64,000 nucleotides of DNA from Candidatus Babeliales bacterium. GTDB lineage: Bacteria; Babelota; Babeliae; Babelales; JANWKD01. The stretch lies in contig CAVRJM010000001.1 in NCBI GenBank assembly GCA_963722075.1, positions 512,001-576,000 on the forward strand. The letters run 5' to 3'. The notes beneath the pieces were generated by a model. It ran no database searches. It saw only the letters and a program-made list of their open reading frames with translations, and was not told the origin of the DNA. Shown piece by piece: positions 18,638 to 27,782 of the stretch (within the stretch, counting starts at the first letter, position 1; every line of letters begins with the position of its first letter). Position numbers and translations under genes: made by a program.

Positions 18638-21600
18638 ATGAATCATATCAAACAAAACCTAATACGCTTTTTTTTCATTATTCTTTTTACTCCTATAAAT
18701 ACCGCTGCTATGCAAATTGCAGCCGAATTGCTTAATTATTTTGCAGCCACACCAACTCTTATTGCATTACCTGCATGGTATACATTCAATCAAAATGATT
18801 ACGGAAGCTATAATGTTACTATTGATGTTCCTAGTCGCACCTTTCACGCACCTCAAACCACACCCCAACTAGCACCTACAACACCACAAACACCGTATTT
18901 TACAAGAGACATGCACCGCATGTTTTCCTCACAAATGCAAAATACTGACCCGCTTACCTTTAGTTCCTTGCATGATTCAGGACGTTATTTTTCCTTTACC
19001 ATACAACCAATGTCTTATAGGCCATGTGTAGAGCCTTCATCGATAACAAAACAACAACGAATTGAGCAGCATCTCATTACAGAAGATATTATGCAAGGAT
19101 TACAAAACCCTCAGCTTCCCGAGCGTGGGCCAGTTTCTTTAGGCGTTTCCGATTCGCTGTATGCTCAATATCAGTTTCAACGAAATCAAATTGTCAACAA
19201 TTGTATCCAGGCATTACGCAAATCCCCTACTGCATGTCTTAATTTGGTTCATTCACGTTATATTTTGAATGATGCATCTTATTCTCGGCAATTGAACGAG
19301 ATTCTGGAAACAACCATCTCAAAGTTTTGTGATGCCTTTTATGATAAGCAAGGTGCCGCAACCTTACCTGATAAAAAAGAATACTATCCATTAACAGAAG
19401 TGTTATGCACGTACATGAGGCAGTACCTTACTGATGAACAACTTATCGAATATATTCATCGTGAATGTGCCGATTTAGCATATTTTAAGCAGTTTGAACG
19501 CTACATAACAGGACGCCTAGAACCTATTGCTTTCAATTTCAAATTGATTGCAGCTGCTTTTAAAGAATTGGTGCAATCAAGTGATTATTTTGAAAAACGA
19601 AAAAAACTAATTCTTGAAAATTCCTTTAATCAAAACTTACAACGTATTCAAAAGTTATGTCAAAATGAACAATTTGCTCAAGCACATGCTTTTATCGAGC
19701 ATTTAAAAAAAGATAACCCTTTAAAACAACAATTTTTAAATGCATTTGCACAAGAATTAATAGCCAATTCAACCCCATTACAAGCACTCAAATCAATCGA
19801 TCCTCGATTACTTACTTCGCCGCTTATTTATTTTATGCGCCATGGTATGATGGAGCGCTTATCCAAAGACCGGGATCAATATAGTACCGCTCAATTACTC
19901 TTTAGGACGTTATATACCCAACCACAAAATTATTGGTATAAAAAAGCTGATATGGAAATTTATCCATGTGATCAGCTTGAACACGAATGTATGGTAGCAT
20001 ACAAAGCATTATGTAATGAATATGGGTTGCCTTTGTGCTTTTCTTATAATCAACAAGCCTTATCACAGGGTTTTGCTGCAAAAGAACAAATCATTTCTTT
20101 GCAACATTTACGCGAACGATCTTTTCTTTTTAAGTTCGCTACCTTAAAATGCCCACCACATCTAAATGACCTTGATTTTCAACAAGCAATAATTACCGGA
20201 TTATCATATCTACAAGCAGCGGTGAAAAATCCAGATCGGTCCTATAATTATACCGTTCTTGCCGCTGCAATATATTATGCATTAACCCATAAACATACTT
20301 CGCAAGCGATTCTAAATTGTAATTCTTTTCTATTACCGGAACAATCCGATCTGTTTTCACTACACGAATTTTTACTTGAGCAAGCTATTATGTTCATCCG
20401 GATCAATAATGATCGCAATCCTGATCAACCTTCTTTATTTTCTTCGCATCAAGCAACTATTGATAATGCCCTTTATGCCGAAAGTCAACTCTGGCAAAAT
20501 GCATTACTTGAAGATGAGTATCCACAACGACAAGCGTGCGACGATATTTGTTCTATTGCAGAACATCTATATTTTGATGAACTATCATACATAGTTCCCC
20601 ATTCAAAATCATCAATACCGATTAATTCATCTCAAAGATCAATAGAATTAGTAAATGCGGATGATAGTCTCACTACACTCATTACATTGCATATAGGGCC
20701 TATAAGCAATTTTGAATTTAATCAGTATGAACAAGCTGCTATTCACCGGCAAGACAAAGAATTAATACCGAGCCTTAATACCATCAAAGCAATTAACCTT
20801 TATAATACACTTAATTCTACTATCGAGCTCTTTCAAGATGCATTACTTCTATGGTATGGAGCACCGCTCTTAAATGAGCGAGAAGCAGCTGCGATAGCAA
20901 TACAGTGTGGAGAAATTGCTGCTTTATATATCCCGGAAAATAAAACAAATCATTTTGCAGAACTATTTACTAGCATCGGACAACACATTCTCAATTTTGC
21001 TCAAGTAGCTCCGCAGCTTATGGTCAGCAAATACGTAACGCTTCCAGTATATTGGGCTCTGGCTCACCAAAAAATAAGTGGTGGAGAGCTTTTTGATACC
21101 GCGCTTAAAAATGCAATCAGTGCCTTTATTCCACTGCGCAGAGCAATACAATTATTAGATTACAATTTAGGGAATGATGACAATTTCATTCAATTGCCCA
21201 ACTCATTACTGGATATAAAGGAAATTTGCTCTTTCTTAGAACAACAAAAACCATTGCCCGGATGCGCTGCGCAAGTAACGGCTAATTTACGATTACTTGG
21301 TTGCATGGCCGGTATTAATGACAAACCAACCCTCGAATCGTTCAATCATTGTCTGCACCATTATCTTGCTCAGTTTTTTATAAATAATCCTGATAAAGCC
21401 GCTGAGGAGCACTTTGCTTCCTGCATTCTTTCTAATAAACTATTTAGTATTGCCGCCGGTGCTTTCAAATTAATGCAGGAGTTTGAGACGGAACTGAGTG
21501 GATGGGAACGGTATCTACCCTTCTTTAAAGATGGCGCTATAGTGCTTAATTACGCACAAGAATTATTACTTGATACGCAAAATCAGCTTGCTCATTTTGT

Positions 21601-22042
21601 CCATTTTACGCTGATTCCTGCTATTGGTTGGGCGAATGATATAGTAATTCAACCAGGAGAACGCGTTCCATGGATGTTTGCGCCATTTGATTTTAAGAAA
21701 AACAATAATATTAAAAAACCAAAAAAAGATAAGGGGAAAGAAAAGGAGGAAACTCCGCAGCAGAAAAGGGAACGTGAAAAGAACGAACGCAAACAAAAAA
21801 GAGAAAATTGGAAGGAAACTCTTAAGAAAAACGTGCAAAAAGAACTTGAAAAACACGGCTATAGGTATCGCAAAGATCCCCCCTTTGATACGCATGGACA
21901 ACCAGCATATCAACATATTAAAACCGGGGAATGGATTACTCTTGATGTTGATGGCCATAATGGAGGTGTTTGGAAGAAGTTCGATAGAAGAGGCAAAAAT
22001 AGAAAAACTTTGGATAAAGATTTTAATCCCATAGGCGATTAA
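18638..22042 (+). CDS. Polymorphic toxin: uncharacterised N-terminal carrier + C-terminal Ntox21/CdiA-CT(ECL)-like RNase
   Basis: The C-terminus THGQPAY...WITLDVDGHNGGVWKKFD...TLDKDFNPIGD carries the HGQ, DxDxH-xGGxWK and TxDxxxxxIGD pattern of Ntox21. A CdiI(ECL)-like gene starts 6 nt after the stop. Confidence 0.85.
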   Translation: MNHIKQNLIRFFFIILFTPINTAAMQIAAELLNYFAATPTLIALPAWYTFNQNDYGSYNVTIDVPSRTFHAPQTTPQLAPTTPQTPYFTRDMHRMFSSQMQNTDPLTFSSLHDSGRYFSFTIQPMSYRPCVEPSSITKQQRIEQHLITEDIMQGLQNPQLPERGPVSLGVSDSLYAQYQFQRNQIVNNCIQALRKSPTACLNLVHSRYILNDASYSRQLNEILETTISKFCDAFYDKQGAATLPDKKEYYPLTEVLCTYMRQYLTDEQLIEYIHRECADLAYFKQFERYITGRLEPIAFNFKLIAAAFKELVQSSDYFEKRKKLILENSFNQNLQRIQKLCQNEQFAQAHAFIEHLKKDNPLKQQFLNAFAQELIANSTPLQALKSIDPRLLTSPLIYFMRHGMMERLSKDRDQYSTAQLLFRTLYTQPQNYWYKKADMEIYPCDQLEHECMVAYKALCNEYGLPLCFSYNQQALSQGFAAKEQIISLQHLRERSFLFKFATLKCPPHLNDLDFQQAIITGLSYLQAAVKNPDRSYNYTVLAAAIYYALTHKHTSQAILNCNSFLLPEQSDLFSLHEFLLEQAIMFIRINNDRNPDQPSLFSSHQATIDNALYAESQLWQNALLEDEYPQRQACDDICSIAEHLYFDELSYIVPHSKSSIPINSSQRSIELVNADDSLTTLITLHIGPISNFEFNQYEQAAIHRQDKELIPSLNTIKAINLYNTLNSTIELFQDALLLWYGAPLLNEREAAAIAIQCGEIAALYIPENKTNHFAELFTSIGQHILNFAQVAPQLMVSKYVTLPVYWALAHQKISGGELFDTALKNAISAFIPLRRAIQLLDYNLGNDDNFIQLPNSLLDIKEICSFLEQQKPLPGCAAQVTANLRLLGCMAGINDKPTLESFNHCLHHYLAQFFINNPDKAAEEHFASCILSNKLFSIAAGAFKLMQEFETELSGWERYLPFFKDGAIVLNYAQELLLDTQNQLAHFVHFTLIPAIGWANDIVIQPGERVPWMFAPFDFKKNNNIKKPKKDKGKEKEETPQQKREREKNERKQKRENWKETLKKNVQKELEKHGYRYRKDPPFDTHGQPAYQHIKTGEWITLDVDGHNGGVWKKFDRRGKNRKTLDKDFNPIGD

Positions 22043-22048
22043 TTAATT

Positions 22049-22540
22049 ATGAAACAATTTAAAATTAACATACTTACTGATCGACCAGAAATTATCAGAG
22101 ATGAACGCTCTCATATTGGTGAAATAGTTATCGGTAATTTTGAAGAGATATTTCAAATACCATTGTGCTTCTGGCGATTAATAGATTATAAAAAACAATG
22201 GAAAAGTGCCCTTGAGCATATTAAAACCCATGATTCAAGCTGTTTTATCGTTTCTATACATGCTACTGCTAAGAATTTGATCAATGACCCAGACGATTTG
22301 GATTTACAATTATTTATATTATATAAAGTTGGTAATAAAATATTTATTCAAAATCGTTTTTTTGGCTGGCTTCGATTAAGAGAAACCAGGAAAATCAAAA
22401 AATTACCTCCCTTCGATGCAAAATCATGTTACTCATATCTTCCTCCTCGAGAAACAGTTACCCCAGAAGGCGAAAAGATTTCTGAATGGAGTATCAGTGT
22501 CAGTGATTTAAAGCATGCGCAAGTAGGAGGCAAGTATTAA
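22049..22540 (+). CDS. Immunity protein, CdiI(ECL)-like; probable cognate immunity
   Basis: IVIGNFEE.FQIPL.FW...DYKKQW, LYKVGNKIFIQN and RET.T.EGEKISEW recall Enterobacter cloacae CdiI (recognised from memory). Confidence 0.85.
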   Translation: MKQFKINILTDRPEIIRDERSHIGEIVIGNFEEIFQIPLCFWRLIDYKKQWKSALEHIKTHDSSCFIVSIHATAKNLINDPDDLDLQLFILYKVGNKIFIQNRFFGWLRLRETRKIKKLPPFDAKSCYSYLPPRETVTPEGEKISEWSISVSDLKHAQVGGKY

Positions 22541-22744
22541 AAATTCCTATTTTCTAATTTAACTGTACAAAAATAATTTTTACTATACACTTTAAAATAA
22601 TAATTTATAATTTATTTTTCTGCAGGAGACCTTATCATGACTCCAAACATTTCTTCTAACTAACATCCCTAAAAATACAACCTTATCTTTCAACTTTTCT
22701 TTTTATAAAGAAAAATAATAATTGGATTATTCTGCAGAATATTT

Positions 22745-23314
22745 ATGAAAACTTTCAAAATTGAATTGGTTACCAAAAAACCAAAAAAAATTAATGGTAC
22801 ATGGTCTCATTTTGGTAAGATTACTATCGGAACCTTCGTGGAACGCTTTCAAATTCCTTTAGATTATTGGTCCATAGAAGAATATATAAAGCAATGGGAA
22901 GAAGGCCTTAATAGAATTAAAGCACATGATTCATCATGCTTCGTTTCCAAAGTATGGAGCCCTGAGTCTGACCCATATGTTTTTATGTATGTCGCCTATA
23001 AAGTAAAAAAACGTATTTTTTTTCAGGAACATGCAACTCTTCATATGGATGTTTATGAAGAGAACCTTCCGCCTTTCGATGCTCAAACCTGCTATTTATA
23101 TGTGAGAGAAAGAACCCCAGGTCGCAACAAAAAAGAAGATGAATTATTCTTAGGTCGTAATATTAATGATCTTACGGAAGAAGAAGCGACACAAATAAAG
23201 CCTTCTGAATGGAACATTATGCTTAGAAATCTTGATCATGCTCGAGTAGGTAAATTTGGTGATTGTTGTCCTCCAAATGAAGAGTGTTACCTTAAACTGA
23301 AAAAATGGCTATAA
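22745..23314 (+). CDS. Orphan immunity protein, CdiI(ECL)-like paralog 2
   Basis: FQIPLDYW..EYIKQW, HDSSCFV, LPPFD, SEW. Has an acidic insertion and a Cys-containing C-terminal extension. Confidence 0.83.
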   Translation: MKTFKIELVTKKPKKINGTWSHFGKITIGTFVERFQIPLDYWSIEEYIKQWEEGLNRIKAHDSSCFVSKVWSPESDPYVFMYVAYKVKKRIFFQEHATLHMDVYEENLPPFDAQTCYLYVRERTPGRNKKEDELFLGRNINDLTEEEATQIKPSEWNIMLRNLDHARVGKFGDCCPPNEECYLKLKKWL

Positions 23315-23359
23315 ATTCCTTAAAATTAAACGAAAATAATTAATCAAAATAATTAATCA

Positions 23360-23821
23360 ATGAAACGATTTGAAATTAATATACTTTCTGATGAACCGGA
23401 GATTATTAATGGTGAGCAGTCTCACAGGGGAGAATTATTTATTGGGAATTTTGTAGAAGAATTTCAAATTCCTCTCACTGTCTGGCGACTTAAAGATTAT
23501 AAAAAACAATGGCACGAAGCACTTGAGCGCATCAAAACTCATGATTCCAGTTGCTTTGTTACTTTTATCCGTAGAGAGGCCGCCCCTTTAGATTTACTAA
23601 AAGATCCCAATGATTTAGAAGTGCTCCTCTGGGCTTTATATAAAGTTGATACTAAAATTATTATACAAAAACATTATTTTGATAGCCACTTGTTACAAAG
23701 AACACGATCAACCTACAACCTTCCTCCCTTTAGCGCAGAAACTTGTTATTCATATCTTGATCAACGTGAAACGATCAAAAATGCCAATAAACTTGCGGCT
23801 GGAAAGAAGGTTGCTGAATGA
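23360..23821 (+). CDS. Orphan immunity paralog 3, truncated by TGA at the conserved (S/A)EW tryptophan
   Basis: Ends KKVAE-TGA. The frame continues GISVKDLKHTQVG, matching SISVSDLKHAQVG of paralog 1. Confidence 0.8.
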   Translation: MKRFEINILSDEPEIINGEQSHRGELFIGNFVEEFQIPLTVWRLKDYKKQWHEALERIKTHDSSCFVTFIRREAAPLDLLKDPNDLEVLLWALYKVDTKIIIQKHYFDSHLLQRTRSTYNLPPFSAETCYSYLDQRETIKNANKLAAGKKVAE

Positions 23822-23860
23822 GGTATTTCTGTTAAGGATCTAAAACATACTCAAGTAGGA

Positions 23861-24019
23861 GAACTAACTGTGGGACGAGTGGCATATGAAAATCCTACCA
23901 CTCACAACCGAATCACTCTCGAAATTTGTGGCAATGATGGCCAATGGAAACTCTATGAAGGCAAAACTGGTGAACGATTAGCAACCTTAGATGAAGATGG
24001 GAATCAAATTGGCAGATAA
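23861..24019 (+). pseudogene. Orphan Ntox21-like toxin tip fragment
   Basis: Manual translation ELTVGRVAYENPTTHNRITLEICGNDGQWKLYEGKTGERLATLDEDGNQIGR* aligns with the last ~50 aa of the toxin. Not in the ORF track. Confidence 0.8.
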
Positions 24020-24023
24020 AATT

Positions 24024-24476
24024 TTGAAAACACTTGAAATAATGGTTCTTACCGATACACCCGAAAAATATGAAGGAGTTCCCTTCCATGTTGTTCTCCT
24101 CACCCTTGGTGATTATGAAGAATATATTGATATCCCCTTAAACTATTGGGACATTAAAGCGTATAAAAAACAATGGCACGAAGGTATTGAACGGTTAAAA
24201 ACATTTAATACATCATGCTTAGTAACTGCAGTGTGGCGGCGAGATCCCGATCCACTTATTTTTATATGGGAATTGTATAAAGAACAAAATACCATTTTTG
24301 TACACAATGCTATGATTACGTGGGAATTTAAAAAATACAGACCAGCTTTACCTCCTTTTGACAGCAACACCTGCTATGCCTATATTAATCCGCGCAAAAC
24401 GGTTACTGAAAATGGCGAAAAAATTTCTGAATGGAGCATTGAATTAGATGCCCTTAAACATGCTCGAGTACGGTAA
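24024..24476 (+). CDS. Immunity paralog 4, partner of the orphan tip
   Basis: IPLNYWDIKAYKKQW, LPPFD, RKTVTENGEKISEW. TTG at 24024 aligns with the paralog starts and lies 4 nt after the orphan tip stop (the ORF track starts at 23991). Confidence 0.83.
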   Translation: MKTLEIMVLTDTPEKYEGVPFHVVLLTLGDYEEYIDIPLNYWDIKAYKKQWHEGIERLKTFNTSCLVTAVWRRDPDPLIFIWELYKEQNTIFVHNAMITWEFKKYRPALPPFDSNTCYAYINPRKTVTENGEKISEWSIELDALKHARVR

Positions 24477-25736
24477 TTATTCCAAAACATGCATCCTGTA
24501 ATGTTCAGTAACTAATTCAGGAGTTTTTAAATACTTACTTTTAGCAGTAGCAATTTCTATTGCAGCACCATATGCTTTACTGGCTAAACAAATTTTTCCA
24601 TTGGAAAACCACATAAAATCTGCTTTTTTATCTTTTAGGAGTATAAATGGCTTTTTAAGCGATTTATTACAACCGCTAAGATCCCAGAATATAATATCAT
24701 CAAAATCGTTCTGCAAAATAATATAATGAGGATTATGGGCATCAACAGCAAAATTTTTAAATGTTAGAACTTGTTGATCTTGTTTGATAATTTGTTTATG
24801 TAAAACAACATTACCATCTTTAATTGCTGCAGAAAAAAGATTGCCCTTTTGCGAAAGCGCTAGTAAGGTATTGGGAGTAACAAAAGCTACTTTTTGTAAT
24901 TCTTCTTCAAAATTTCCACGCGCTATCCATTTGGGGCTATACCAAAAGGTATTAATTGGCATTTCATAAACTGCAATATCTTTTTCATCAACCAATGCAT
25001 ATCGTTCAACCGTTTTACACAACGCACAGGTTTTTACTTCGTGATCAAAAGAATCATCATAGCTAGAAACATATTTCCAATCACCCTCACTGCGACAAAC
25101 TTCCGGCAGATATAATGTACTTTTTTCATAATACTGTTTTACAATTTCCTCTGTGTACTTTCTAAATAAATAAAAATAGGCATCTTTATCTTTATTTGTT
25201 TTTTTACCGGTCATTATAAAAAAATTATTATCATTAGGACCATCAAAACAGAGTTTCTCGCATTCAAAGTATAGCCTTGTTAAAAATCGTTTTTTATTGG
25301 CATCATCATCCACTTTAAGCATTCTTGCTTTATCCCCTTGCTGCGTTACCACAAAAGGCCGCCAACATTGCAAAGAAAAAAAATTACACTTGGCTCCCGC
25401 ATCATAACTTACATCGCAGGGATTTAAATTAACCGGAGAAATATAGCCTTGTTGAAATTGAGTTAACACTATTTCATTACCTGGATTTTCTTCTTGCGGT
25501 GGTGTAAAAGGGTTTTCATTAGTAGTTAATGCATAATAGGTATTATCCTGAGCACGGCTTTGCACAATTGAATAGGGCGGTTGTTGCGAATAAAAACCAA
25601 CAACAAAACTTTGCAACTCTTTAGGTAATGTAATTAATGAGCTAGCCGATAAATTGTTTTTCATTTGTTGATCCATACCCATACACATAAATGGCACAAT
25701 TATAAAAGCAAATATTGTTTTTTTCATGATATCCAT
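24477..25736 (-). CDS. Exported protein with F-box-like segment and probable beta-propeller
   Basis: Signal peptide then MD, SLITLPKELQSFVVGF, beta-rich remainder with IIFWDL. Confidence 0.55.
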   Translation of the reverse strand: MDIMKKTIFAFIIVPFMCMGMDQQMKNNLSASSLITLPKELQSFVVGFYSQQPPYSIVQSRAQDNTYYALTTNENPFTPPQEENPGNEIVLTQFQQGYISPVNLNPCDVSYDAGAKCNFFSLQCWRPFVVTQQGDKARMLKVDDDANKKRFLTRLYFECEKLCFDGPNDNNFFIMTGKKTNKDKDAYFYLFRKYTEEIVKQYYEKSTLYLPEVCRSEGDWKYVSSYDDSFDHEVKTCALCKTVERYALVDEKDIAVYEMPINTFWYSPKWIARGNFEEELQKVAFVTPNTLLALSQKGNLFSAAIKDGNVVLHKQIIKQDQQVLTFKNFAVDAHNPHYIILQNDFDDIIFWDLSGCNKSLKKPFILLKDKKADFMWFSNGKICLASKAYGAAIEIATAKSKYLKTPELVTEHYRMHVLE

Positions 25737-25831
25737 AATTTAAATAGTATTTATTATTTCGTTTTAATCATAATCTCATTATAATTATTTTAATGCTAAA
25801 ATGAATCGGTACAACAAGAGAATTTTATTAA

Positions 25832-25911
25832 CTGGATCCTTACGATGCTAACGCATCTCAGGATGACATTTAGGTTTTCTTGTCATTCTGAGCGAATGCG
25901 TAAGAATCCAG
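25832..25911. repeat. REP-like palindromic doublet
   Basis: CTGGATCCTTACG...CTCAGGATGACA / TGTCATTCTGAG...CGTAAGAATCCAG. Confidence 0.9.
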
Positions 25912-26048
25912 CTATAAAAAAAATCCCTATTATTATTTGGCTCTTTCATATTTCATTAAGCATTGCTTTAAAATAAAAATATGAAGATGATAACTATGAA
26001 TGAAAAAAAAAAGATACCACTATATTAAGCGAATTACCCACCATCAAT

Positions 26049-27050
26049 TTGTTATTGCAACAAGAATCTCCCGAAGAACAAATCCAATCATTTAACCCTA
26101 AAACCTTCGATGAGTATTTAGGGCAAGAAGAACTTAAAAAAAAATTAGCAATATTCACCCAAGCAGCCAAAATGCGCGGCGAGCCGCTTGATCATCTTTT
26201 GTTATTTGGTCCTCCGGGTCTGGGCAAAACCACCCTTTCAAATATTATGGCTCAAGTTATGAACGTCGGGATAAAAATATGTAGCGGCCCCATGCTTGAA
26301 CGCACTGGTGATTTAGTTGCACTCCTTTCAAGCTTAGAACCGCGCGATATTTTCTTTATTGATGAAATCCATCGTATGCCAACGGCAGTGGAAGAAGTGC
26401 TCTATAGCGCTATGGAGCATTTTCGGGTGGATGTTATTATCGGCCAAGGAGTTGGTGCAAAATCGATTAATTTACCAATCAATCCTTTTACGTTAGTTGG
26501 TGCTACTACCAAAAGCGGTATGCTTTCGGCGCCCCTGCGTAGCAGATTTGGCATTATCGAACGCTTAGATTTTTATACTGACGAAGAACTGCAGGCAATT
26601 GTGCTACAAAATGCTAATTTTTTACAATTATCGCTTTCACAAGAGGCAGCGCTTACTATTGCCCAATGCGCGCGCGGCACGCCGCGTACGGCAAAAAAGC
26701 TTGTGCGGCGCGTGCGCGATTTTGTGCAAGTTACCAATAATAATATTGCTGATGATAGCATGGTATGTCAGGCATTAACATTCTTGGGCATTGATGAACA
26801 AGGTTTAAGCAAACAAGATAATTTATTACTTGAAAAAATTGTTATTCATTATAATGGCGGCCCGGTAGGGCTGGAAACACTTGCCAGTATTTTAGGCGAA
26901 GATAAAGATACCATTGAAGAGGTATACGAGCCCTATTTAATTCGTAAGGGATTTTTAGAAAAAACAGCTCGTGGTCGACAAATTCCGCATCATATGGTAC
27001 CGTTATTAAAAAGCAAATTTTTAGGCCAAAAAACGGTCTTTAATTCCTAG
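26049..27050 (+). CDS. ruvB: Holliday junction branch migration helicase RuvB
   Basis: GPPGLGKTT, FIDEIHR, GATT..G.L..PLRSRFG, RGTPR, GGPVG, EPYL. Start uncertain (see finding on the A10 tract). Confidence 0.97.
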   Translation: MLLQQESPEEQIQSFNPKTFDEYLGQEELKKKLAIFTQAAKMRGEPLDHLLLFGPPGLGKTTLSNIMAQVMNVGIKICSGPMLERTGDLVALLSSLEPRDIFFIDEIHRMPTAVEEVLYSAMEHFRVDVIIGQGVGAKSINLPINPFTLVGATTKSGMLSAPLRSRFGIIERLDFYTDEELQAIVLQNANFLQLSLSQEAALTIAQCARGTPRTAKKLVRRVRDFVQVTNNNIADDSMVCQALTFLGIDEQGLSKQDNLLLEKIVIHYNGGPVGLETLASILGEDKDTIEEVYEPYLIRKGFLEKTARGRQIPHHMVPLLKSKFLGQKTVFNS

Positions 27051-27057
27051 GAGATTC

Positions 27058-27780
27058 ATGTCAGGACATTCAAAATGGGCAACCATTAAACGCAAAAAGG
27101 CAAGCATTGATGCCAAAAGAGGAAAAGAATTCACCAAGCTTATTAAAGAAATTACCGTCGCAGCACGTTTAGGAGGCGGTGATCCAACTGGTAACGCCAA
27201 ATTACGCTTATTAATTGATAAAGCTAAAGAAATTAATATGCCACATGATAATACCATGCGCGCTATAAAACGCGGTACGGGTGAAATGCCTGGTGTCAAT
27301 TACGAAGAGCAATCCTATGAAGGGTATGGCCCCTATGGCATAGCCGTAGTCGTTGATTCATTAACCGATAATAAAAATCGTACAGTGGCAGAATTACGTC
27401 GTCTTTTTTCTATCCATAATGGCTCACTTGCTGAAACAGGGTCAGTAAGTTGGATGTTTCAACGCGCTGGCGCTGTTGAAGTAACCGGCGCAACTTCAGA
27501 AGATCAATTACTTGAACTATTACTTGATTATGATATCAAGGATATTAAGCATCATGATGGCACCTACACCATTATATGCGATCCCAAATCATTAGAAAAA
27601 GTAAAAGAGGCTCTCAGCAAAGCTGGTTTGAAAATTGAACGAGCTGAGCTTGATTTAATCGCGCAAAATTATGTTGTACTTCCACACAATGATTATGAAA
27701 AAGCTGCTGAATTTTTGGCAGAATTAGAAGATCATGAAGATGTGCAAAATATTTACACGAATCTAAACGGCGAAGGATAA
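27058..27780 (+). CDS. yebC: YebC/PmpR family protein
   Basis: MSGHSKWATIKRKK, YEGYGP, TDNKNRT, DVQNIYTN. Confidence 0.96.
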   Translation: MSGHSKWATIKRKKASIDAKRGKEFTKLIKEITVAARLGGGDPTGNAKLRLLIDKAKEINMPHDNTMRAIKRGTGEMPGVNYEEQSYEGYGPYGIAVVVDSLTDNKNRTVAELRRLFSIHNGSLAETGSVSWMFQRAGAVEVTGATSEDQLLELLLDYDIKDIKHHDGTYTIICDPKSLEKVKEALSKAGLKIERAELDLIAQNYVVLPHNDYEKAAEFLAELEDHEDVQNIYTNLNGEG

Positions 27781-27782
27781 CT

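Noticed and set aside
18638..22042. Calling the toxin cdiA
   Set aside because: No TPS domain, haemagglutinin repeats, VENN motif or cdiB; only the tip and immunity genes resemble the CDI(ECL) pair.
22637..22663. GGAG-preceded mini-ORF MTPNISSN between immunity genes
   Set aside because: Eight codons with no similarity to the toxin tip; cannot be supported as an orphan module.
23819..23821. TGA at a conserved Trp as evidence of UGA=Trp recoding
   Set aside because: ppsA, nupC and the ABC binding protein end at TGA at expected lengths, and conserved Trp codons elsewhere are TGG; the standard code fits.
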